In this document: positions 56,878 to 64,000 of the stretch, one piece after another
How the letters are laid out: each line of letters opens with the position of its first letter
Numbering within the stretch: the stretch's first letter is position 1
From: Acidobacteria bacterium OLB17
Lineage (GTDB): Bacteria; Acidobacteriota; Blastocatellia; Pyrinomonadales; Pyrinomonadaceae
Length of the DNA: 64,000 nucleotides
Assembly (NCBI GenBank): GCA_001567505.1
Contig: LLEU01000059.1
Span: 35,274-99,273, forward strand
Direction of reading: 5' to 3'
Notes under the pieces: model-generated
What the model was told of the DNA's origin: nothing
Databases searched by the model: none
What the model saw: only the letters and a program-made list of their open reading frames with translations
Made by a program: the position numbers and the translations under genes

Positions 56878-57715
56878 ATGAAAACGCGTCTTTTGACGGC
56901 TGCCGTCGCCCTTCCGATCCTGGTTGCGGCCATCATTCTGCCGATCTGGCTGCCGTGGGCATTCTGGTTTTTCGTTGCGATCGCGGTCTTCGGGCTCGGT
57001 GCGGGACTTTTTTGAATTCTACCTGCTCACAAAAAAGCTTGAGTTGAAGGCCGACGCCGGCATCGCGTATCTCGGGGCGGCGGCACTTACGGTTTCATTC
57101 ATCTTTGATGCTCCGGCAAAAGCTCCGGATCTGCTGCTGTGCGTCATTTCGGCGTTCGTCATCACGGCATTTGCGACTCAGGCATTCCGCTTTCGGCAGG
57201 ACTTTTCAAAGCTTCTCGGCGGCCTCGGCGTGACGATCGCAGGCGTTTTCTATCTCGCGTTCCTGGGCGGATTCCTGATCGCCGTTCGCGTGGGTTTTGA
57301 TGCCGTGCTTTCGTCAAAACTGCTCTTGTTCTTCTTTTTTGTTGTCTTCGGGTCCGATGCCGGAGCTTATTTCGCCGGGCGTGCGCTCGGCAAACACAAG
57401 CTTGCACCCGCGATCTCGCCGGGCAAGACCGTAGAGGGACTGATCGGCGGCCTGCTCGCGGCGGCCGGTTTTGCGGCTCTTGCGATCGTGCTTTTCTTTC
57501 ACGAAATGGCGTATTTGCCGGGGATCGCGGCCGCGATCGTCATTGCCGCTCTCGGCGTGCTCGGCGACTTGGCCGAAAGTGCGATAAAACGAGGCTCGGG
57601 AGCGAAGGATGCCGCGTCGATCCTGCCGGGCCACGGCGGTTTTCTCGATCGTCTTGATAGTTTGCTCTTCGGTGCGCCGGTGCTGTATTATTTTGCAAGG
57701 TTTTATTTCGGATGA
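56878..57715 (+). CDS. cdsA: Phosphatidate cytidylyltransferase CdsA, frameshifted as sequenced at T6 run 57008-57013
   Basis: ATG 56878 gives MKTRLLTAAVALPILVAAIILPIW...FGLGAGLF and then a stop. The next frame continues EFYLLTKKLELK...SDAGAYFAGRALGKHKLAPAISPGKTVEGLIGG...GHGGFLDRLDS. Removing one T joins them. Confidence 0.85.
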
Positions 57716-57877
57716 ACGCCGTTCGGTTCAATGACAATAATACGTAAGGCCCGGCGCGTCAGGCATTGATCTTCGCGTTGCGGCCCTTCGTTTGTCATAA
57801 ACTCGAAGGCGTTCTTTGTTGAATGGGCCTGTCTTGCGAACGTGCAAAAGGAACGAATTTCGCGAGCGAGAAAATTT

Positions 57878-59759
57878 ATGTTGGATGTTTTAGGTAGTTT
57901 GGAACGCACGCACACCTGCGGCGAGCTGCGGACGGTAGACGTCGGCAAGAGCGTTGTTTTGATGGGCTGGGTCGCAAAAAAAACGCGATTTTGGCCCGCT
58001 CACGTTCATCGACCTTCGCGACCGCGACGGCGTTACGCAGGTCGTCCTCAATGAAGAAACGGCGCCGGACGCCCACGCGAAAGCGAAGGATATCCGCGGC
58101 GAGTTCGTCATCGGCATAAAGGGCAGCGTTGTCGAGCGGGAAGGCACACATAACGCAAAACTTGCGACCGGGGATATCGAAGTTCACGCAGAAGAAATGC
58201 TGATCTTCAATACGGCGAAAGTTCCGCCTTTCGAGCTCGAAAAGACGGGCTCGCAGAACCTTGCATCCGAGGACCTGCGGCTTAAGTATCGGTATCTCGA
58301 CCTGCGAAGGCCGCAGCTCCAGCAAAACATCAGGATGCGTGCGAAGGCCGTCGCCGCGATACGCGAATATTTTGACGGCCGCGGCTTCATCGAGATCGAA
58401 ACGCCGATCCTGCTCAAATCGACGCCGGAAGGCGCAAGGGATTTTATCGTTCCTTCGCGGATACACACGGGCAAGTTCTTTGCGTTGCCGCAAAGCCCGC
58501 AGATCCTGAAGCAGATCACGATGATCGCCGGTTTCGATAAGTATTTTCAGATCGCTCGCTGCTTTCGCGATGAGGACCTGCGCGCCGACCGTCAGCCGGA
58601 ATTCACGCAGCTTGATATGGAAATGTCGTTCGTCAATCGCGAACAGGTCTATCGCGAGATGGAAGGGATGTTCAACCATGTGATGAAGCTGATCGGCGTG
58701 GAATTTCCCTCGGAATGGCCGCGAATGACGCATGCCGAGGCAATGCGGCGATACGGTTCGGACAAGCCCGACCTAAGATTTGAGATGGAGCTTTGCGATC
58801 TTTCGGAGGAATTGAAAGACACCGACTTCGCCCCATTTCGCGACACCATCGCGAATGGCGGCGAGGTGAAATGCATTGTCGTAAAAGGCCGGTCGGATTA
58901 TTCCAGAAAGCAGACGGACGAGCTTCAGGAATATGCGAAACGCTACGGCGCAGGCGCACTTGCGTGGATCAAGATCCCTGTCAGAACCGCGAGCGATAGC
59001 GACCGGGCTCCTGACGCCGGCAGAGAGAAGAACCCGATCGCCGTCGCTCCCGGTTCTGACATAACGTCGTCACTTCTCAAGGTTCTTGGTGAAGCAAAGA
59101 TCGCGGAACTTGCCTCGGTCGCTGGTGCTGAACCTGGCGATGCCGTGCTCATCGTCGCCGGCAAAAGATCGGTAGTCGCCGCGTCGCTTGGAGCTTTGCG
59201 GCTTGAGGTCGCTCGGCGGGAGGATCTGATAGATCGTTCGTCCTATAAGCCGCTGATCGTGACGGAGTTCCCGATGTTCGAGTACGACGAAGAGACGGAC
59301 ACATACGTTGCGGCCCATCATCCGTTCACGTCGCCCATGGATGAGGATGTCGAGCTTTTCAAGACTGCCGTCAATGATCCGGCGCAGCATCATCTTCTTG
59401 GGCGCGTGCGTGCGAAGGCGTATGATGCCGTTATAAACGGCTATGAATGCGCGGGCGGCTCGATACGTATCCATCAAAAGGAGATACAAGACCTGAATTT
59501 CAAGGCCCTTGGAATGACGCCCGAAAAGGCGCGCGAGCGTTTCGGATTCTTCCTCGATGCCCTCGAATACGGCACGCCGCCCCACGGAGGATTTGCCGCC
59601 GGCATCGAGCGGACGTGTATGATACTTTGCGGGACTGAGAATATCCGCGACGTGATGGCGTTTCCGAAAACGGCATCGGCACAGGACCTGATGATGGACT
59701 CACCCGGCGTGGTCGATCCGGGCCAGCTGGACGAACTTGGGATCGAGGTCGCTGAATGA
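57878..59759 (+). CDS. aspS: Aspartate--tRNA ligase, frameshifted as sequenced at A8 run 57976-57983
   Basis: MLDVLGSLERTHTCGELRTVDVGKSVVLMGWVAKK is followed out of frame by RDFGPLTFIDLRDRDGVTQVV...FRDEDLRADRQPEFTQLDMEMSF...GGSIRIH...PPHGGFAAGIER. Removing one A restores a single roughly 626-aa ORF. Confidence 0.9.
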
Positions 59760-59811
59760 TCCGCTAGAAAATTCGAACTGTTTCAGCAAGAATATCGTTT
59801 TATATCGTGTA

Positions 59812-60441
59812 ATGTCGGCAAAATACGACACAAATCCACTCGATCCGGACTTTCCCGAGAAGGCGAAGGCGGCTTCAGCCGCAGGACAGACCCGGCCGAC
59901 GCCCGAGGGTGAGACGCGGCCGTTCGCGAGCGTCGAGGATCGTGAACAGGAGACGCGTGAGTTCGGGCCGCAGGATTTCGGTGCATATCAGGCGCCGCAG
60001 GAAAGCTACGCACCTGCATATTACGCGGCGGCAAGTCCCGCTGCGGTCGAGGACCCGAAAAAGCGGCGCGTCGATAAGGTCGGCCTTCCGGAGAATGTTG
60101 TTACTGCACTTCCGTACATTCCGTGGTATTTTGGCCTGGTCGCGGGCCTCATTCTGCTTATCTTGCTGCCAAAAAGCGAGGCGAGGTCGCGATTCCATGC
60201 GGCGCAAGGCGTGGCCGCTCATCTAGGGATCTTTGCGATCTCATTCCTGCTTGGGATCGTAACGTCCATCGCGAATTTTGCACGGCCCGCGAATGGCATC
60301 TTTATGGCCGTGACGACCGTGATGCTTTTCATCTTCGTTGTAAAAGCATGGCGAGGCAGGCCGATCCATCTCGAGATCATCGAGGGCCTGACCGATTGGT
60401 TCGAGGAAAAAGTGACACCCGATCTTTTTAGCAAAAAATAA
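59812..60441 (+). CDS. Membrane protein with a disordered N-terminus and three or four TM segments (DUF4870-like)
   Basis: Starts MSAKYDTNPLD at 59812. Hydrophobic blocks are ALPYIPWYFGLVAGLILLILLP and HLGIFAISFLLGIV. Confidence 0.5.
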   Translation: MSAKYDTNPLDPDFPEKAKAASAAGQTRPTPEGETRPFASVEDREQETREFGPQDFGAYQAPQESYAPAYYAAASPAAVEDPKKRRVDKVGLPENVVTALPYIPWYFGLVAGLILLILLPKSEARSRFHAAQGVAAHLGIFAISFLLGIVTSIANFARPANGIFMAVTTVMLFIFVVKAWRGRPIHLEIIEGLTDWFEEKVTPDLFSKK

Positions 60442-60905
60442 TGTCAGATCTCTCAGTTCAACAAGAATATTCACCAAAGAGCATTTGTTTCGGCTGCGGA
60501 CCTGCGAACGACAAAGGCCTGCGGATAAACAGTTTTCCGGACGGGGACGAGCTCGTCGCGGAGTTCCACGCAAAGCCCGAACATCAGGCATTCCCTGGAA
60601 TGCTGAACGGCGGGATCATCGGCACGCTCCTCGACTGCCACTCGAACTGGACCGCGGCGTATTTTATGATGAAGCGCGACGGCAAAGACCGGCCCGACTG
60701 CACCGTCACTGCCGATTTTCACGTCAAACTCCTACGCCCGACGCCGTTCGACGCAACTATCTACCTGCGCGCCCGCGTTGTTGAATCAAAAGAGGACCGT
60801 GCGACGATCGAGGCCGAACTGACCGCAAACAATAAGGTCTGTGCAACCTGCCGCGGCACGTTCGTCGCCGTCAAGGAAGGCCACCCCGCATACCATCGCT
60901 GGTAA
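60441..60905 (+). CDS. PaaI-family hotdog-fold thioesterase
   Basis: The protein is 154 aa, with CFGCGPANDKGLRI and MLNGGIIGTLLDCH typical of PaaI-like thioesterases. The start overlaps the upstream stop as TAATG. Confidence 0.65.
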   Translation: MSDLSVQQEYSPKSICFGCGPANDKGLRINSFPDGDELVAEFHAKPEHQAFPGMLNGGIIGTLLDCHSNWTAAYFMMKRDGKDRPDCTVTADFHVKLLRPTPFDATIYLRARVVESKEDRATIEAELTANNKVCATCRGTFVAVKEGHPAYHRW

Positions 60906-60910
60906 AGGAG

Positions 60911-62164
60911 CTAAAAGGCAAGAACATTCGACACTGCGCCGTTTGAGCCGCGAACCTGGACACTTGAGTTGCCGACGCTTCCGATCTTCCCAGCCGGAAG
61001 CGTCGCCTGCAGCTGATCGGCGCTGACGAGGACCGTCTGTGCACCGACTCCGTTCACAAATACCTGAGAGCTTGTGTCAAAACCCGTTCCGCTGATACGG
61101 ATCCGATAATACTTTGTCGAAATGCCGACGGGCGGCCGGCCGACAGGCTGAGCCGCTCGCAGAAACTGGATCGAACTGAGATTCAGAGGCGACACGGTGT
61201 TCGAGAACAAATACTGCCAAACCGGCGTAAAGACGGGGACGCCATTCTCTATAACGAGGCCGGAATCGACAGCGACGCAGCCGTGGAAAGTAGGGCACTC
61301 GATGTTGCTTGTTAGCGAATGGGTGTTGCCGTAAGGCGGATTTTCGCCGTCAACGTTTACGACAGGACCGAATTGGGGCATACCGTATGCGGGCCAGATC
61401 ACCGAGGTCAGCCTCGTAAAGTTGATCGCTTCGTCCCGGGTATGTGAGAATCCCCAGAATTTATCCGGCGAGGATGCATTCGGTGTCGTTTCGGGCCGGG
61501 CAATCCAGTTGGCCGGGGTTTGCGTCCGTCCGTTGAAATCCATTGCCGCGAACATCACGACGCGGGCGACCGAATGGTATCGGCCGATAATACCTGCGTG
61601 CCCTCCGCCCTGAGAATGCCCTGAAACAATGATCTTCGACCAATTGATCGTCGAATCATCAATGAGAAATTGGCCCCAATTGTCGGCCGGGTACTGGTTG
61701 CGAAGGTAGATGAGCAACTTAATGATCCTGTTCTCGGCCGAATTCGCACGATCGACGTTCACGAGCGGCGTGCGATCGGTGCCGTCGATAATCTCGAGCC
61801 TCACATTGGCGTAGCAATCTAGGTCAGTATTGGTTCCTCCGCAGAGCTGATTTACCGGCTCGTCGTTCGGATAGGTCAGATTTATCGCGTGAAAACCCAT
61901 CTCGGCAACGGTGTTGTTGAGTATTTCATAGTTCGCAGCAATACCATGTGTGCCCGGGAAAAAGACGAAAAGCTGATTCTTCGGAGCAACGCTGCGGTCT
62001 ATCGAGACGTAATGACCGTTCAGGTTGGTCGTGATCGTGGGATCGGTCGCCTGCGGGGCGACAAAAAAACTTTGCCTCTGTGCGTTTGCCGTAAGGGTGA
62101 AGGTGACGACCAGGAGGATCGTCAATACGGACCCGTATCTGTGAACTTGGTCTAACCTCATCAC
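60911..62164 (-). CDS. Secreted alpha/beta hydrolase (esterase/depolymerase-like) with a C-terminal IPT/TIG-like domain
   Basis: It has a signal peptide (LTILLVVTFTLTANAQ), the nucleophile elbow VSGHSQGGG, and a beta-rich C-terminal domain (RIRISGTGFDTSSQVFVNG...). Confidence 0.6.
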   Translation of the reverse strand: MMRLDQVHRYGSVLTILLVVTFTLTANAQRQSFFVAPQATDPTITTNLNGHYVSIDRSVAPKNQLFVFFPGTHGIAANYEILNNTVAEMGFHAINLTYPNDEPVNQLCGGTNTDLDCYANVRLEIIDGTDRTPLVNVDRANSAENRIIKLLIYLRNQYPADNWGQFLIDDSTINWSKIIVSGHSQGGGHAGIIGRYHSVARVVMFAAMDFNGRTQTPANWIARPETTPNASSPDKFWGFSHTRDEAINFTRLTSVIWPAYGMPQFGPVVNVDGENPPYGNTHSLTSNIECPTFHGCVAVDSGLVIENGVPVFTPVWQYLFSNTVSPLNLSSIQFLRAAQPVGRPPVGISTKYYRIRISGTGFDTSSQVFVNGVGAQTVLVSADQLQATLPAGKIGSVGNSSVQVRGSNGAVSNVLAF

Positions 62165-62201
62165 CGTTTAGATGATCCAGCAGGCCGAAAAGCCGAGAAG
62201 A

Positions 62202-62774
62202 TCATCGTATCTCTCCGAGCTTTTCCCGATAGTCATCAAGTAGGCCGAGTTTTTCGAGCCACGCGATCTGTTCTTTCATCAGACGCGGCAGATGGACGAC
62301 GTCCGAGAGAGCGTAATCCACGAGCTCGTCCGTCCACACGCCGTCCCAGCGCGCATTGAATTTCTTCCTCTGCGATTTATCGAGATCGACAGCAAAATAA
62401 CGGTAGAGTGTGTCGGCGAGCGACGCGGATTGATGGGCGCCGCGCGTCAGGACCTTTTCTGCGATCATTGTGTCAAAGACGTTCTCGGTCAAAATCCCCG
62501 CGGCGTTAAGAAAGTCGAGATCGAAACGTGCGTTGTGAAAGATCTTTGTGATCTTCGGGTCGGAGAGCAGGCCTGCTAACGGCCCGAGCCGCACGCCTTC
62601 GCTTATCGGAAGCAGGACCGAAAGGCTGCCGTCCGAGAACTGTATGGAGAAGAGCTTTCCGGTTTGAGAATTCAGGCCCGAGGTCTCGGTGTCGCAGCCG
62701 AGACAAGGTGCATTTACGAGACGCGCGAAGGCTTGCTCGATCTCATCGTCGGTTCGCAGGATTAGTATTTCCAT
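62202..62774 (-). CDS. 3'-5' exonuclease domain protein (RNase D / Pol I exonuclease-like)
   Basis: Starts MEILILRTDD at 62774. Blocks seen: LGCDTETSGL, KIFHNARFDLDFL and YALSDVVHL. Confidence 0.7.
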   Translation of the reverse strand: MEILILRTDDEIEQAFARLVNAPCLGCDTETSGLNSQTGKLFSIQFSDGSLSVLLPISEGVRLGPLAGLLSDPKITKIFHNARFDLDFLNAAGILTENVFDTMIAEKVLTRGAHQSASLADTLYRYFAVDLDKSQRKKFNARWDGVWTDELVDYALSDVVHLPRLMKEQIAWLEKLGLLDDYREKLGEIR

Positions 62775-62810
62775 CCGAATAGATTGTAAATTAGGAAATG
62801 CTAAAGTCAC

Positions 62811-63461
62811 ATGGCCGAAACATTCAGTGAAATAGAAGCGAGGGTCGTCGGTGCCCTTGTCGAAAAACAATTAACGACGCCGGAATATTATCCGCTCACT
62901 TTGAATGCCCTTGTATCGGCCTGCAATCAAAAGAACAACCGCGAACCCGTAATGACGCTCGATGCCGAAGCTGTCTCTAAGGCGATCGACGACCTACGCG
63001 ACCGCAATCTAGTGTACGTGTTCTACGGGAGCACGAGCCGCGTGCCGAAATACAAGCATATGCTGCCGAGCTATTTCTCGCTCGAGCCGGACGAGACCGC
63101 ACTGCTCGCCGTTCTACTGCTTCGCGGAGCACAGACGCTTGGCGAACTTCGCGAACGAACGGGCAGAATGTACACCTTCGACGATCTCGGACAGGTTCAG
63201 GAAGCTCTTGACCGCCTTTGCAGGCGTCCCGAGCCGCTCGTCGCCAAGCTCGAACGCCTGCCCGGCCGCAAGGAGGCACGCTTTGCGCATCTTCTTTCAG
63301 GCGAGGTTACGCAAGAGTCGGTCGCTGACGCGCTTTCTTCGTCCGGTTCGCGGCCTTCCGCGAACGGCATCGGCGAACTGCGCGATGAGATCGCAGCTTT
63401 GCGGGAGGAAGTTGCGGCGCTGAAGGCGGAGTTTGCGGAATTTCGTAAGCAGTTCGAATAG
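62811..63461 (+). CDS. YceH family protein (DUF480/UPF0502)
   Basis: EARVVGALVEKQLTTPEYYPLTLNALVSACNQKNNREPVM is the hallmark N-terminus. The C-terminus is a coiled coil. Confidence 0.8.
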   Translation: MAETFSEIEARVVGALVEKQLTTPEYYPLTLNALVSACNQKNNREPVMTLDAEAVSKAIDDLRDRNLVYVFYGSTSRVPKYKHMLPSYFSLEPDETALLAVLLLRGAQTLGELRERTGRMYTFDDLGQVQEALDRLCRRPEPLVAKLERLPGRKEARFAHLLSGEVTQESVADALSSSGSRPSANGIGELRDEIAALREEVAALKAEFAEFRKQFE

Positions 63462-63481
63462 GATGATGGTATGGAGGCACT

Positions 63482-63748
63482 ATGACCGCCCAAGAGATTC
63501 GTCGGTTCCTCGGTTTTTGCACGCTCCTTAATTATGCGATCCTGATCGTTTGGTTCGCCCTTTTCACACTCGGACACTCTTTCATTTATCGCCTGCATAC
63601 GACTTGGTTCCCGATGTCGGAAGAGGCATACAGCCAGGTTAATTAACTGGCAATGGCGATCTATGAGAGCCTTATATTTGTCTTCAACGTCATACCGTAC
63701 ATCGCATTGAGGTTCGGTTTGCGTCCGGCAGCGGCAAATAAAGAATGA
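63482..63748 (+). CDS. Small two-TM membrane protein interrupted by an in-frame TAA (63644-63646), or two adjacent mini-ORFs of 54 and 31 codons
   Basis: The sequence is MTAQEIRRFLGFCTLLNYAILIVWFALFTLGHSF...SEEAYSQVN-stop-LAMAIYESLIFVFNVIPYIALRFGL. Both parts are in the same frame and a terminator follows immediately. Confidence 0.35.
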
Positions 63749-63777
63749 GCTGACGGAAAGTGCCGTCAGCTCATTTT
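63747..63777. terminator. Bidirectional rho-independent terminator
   Basis: A perfect 10-bp stem pairs gagctgacgg (63747-63756) with ccgtcagctc (63763-63772), followed by atttt. It lies between converging genes. Confidence 0.7.
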
Positions 63778-63832
63778 CATATCGGCGCTTCGCGGCGGTG
63801 CCTGCAGGTATCGCGCGAAGTACGCGATAGGA

Positions 63833-64000
63833 TCAAAACTCGTCCCGAAGGAAGTTCTTGCCGATGCCGATACGCATTTTGACGAGATCCTCGATCGTGA
63901 CATTCGGGTCTTTCGCGCGTTCTTTGCGGACGAAGTCGGCATCGATATTGAAGATGCGGCATTTTACGATGTCCTCTGCCGATATGTTCGTAAGTCCGGC
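63833..64000 (-). CDS. C-terminal fragment of an unidentified protein; the 5' part is outside the window
   Basis: The minus-strand frame is open from the window edge: ...GLTNISAEDIVKCRIFNIDADFVRKERAKDPNVTIEDLVKMRIGIGKNFLRDEF, with a stop at 63833-63835. Confidence 0.4.
   Translation of the reverse strand, partial: AGLTNISAEDIVKCRIFNIDADFVRKERAKDPNVTIEDLVKMRIGIGKNFLRDEF

Overview
This is a 64-kb chromosomal segment from a high-GC bacterium. Spot counts of 60-nt lines give about 60-65% GC in housekeeping genes. The gene content looks like Acidobacteria or a similar soil lineage: an ECF sigma/Ser-Thr kinase pair, CarboxypepD_reg-type TonB receptors and many lipoproteins. That lineage call is inference only.

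Most of the window is ordinary core genome:
- a Dpp/Opp-type ABC importer
- guaA
- a partial F1Fo ATP synthase operon (b', b, delta, alpha, gamma)
- the ffh-rpsP-KH-rimM-trmD-rplS-rnhB block
- a TonB-dependent receptor
- a PhoB/PhoR-like two-component system
- carD, queF, pyrE, truA, uppS-cdsA and aspS

Three things stand out.

1. A low-GC island (spot counts about 40-50%) runs from roughly 9.8 to 23.3 kb and abuts the 3' end of tRNA-Asn. It carries recQ and a tightly packed five-gene operon: an SNF2 helicase with an extra N-terminal domain, a DUF4391-like protein, a type III-like Mod methyltransferase, a RhuM/ORF6N-like protein, and a type III Res-like helicase-nuclease. I read this as a composite, DISARM-analogous restriction/defence candidate. 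The SNF2-DUF4391 module is, to my knowledge, functionally uncharacterised.

2. A lower-GC vapBC (RHH antitoxin plus PIN toxin) cassette sits inside the ATP synthase operon between atpA and atpG. The vapC stop lies 3 nt before the atpG start.

3. At least seven, and probably ten, genes are broken or artificially extended by a single extra base in an A or T homopolymer. They include the essential genes guaA (hit twice), aspS, cdsA and trmD. This looks like a systematic base-calling artefact, so apparent pseudogenes here, including the split Res gene, should not be taken at face value.

I saw no CRISPR array, rRNA, integrase or transposase.
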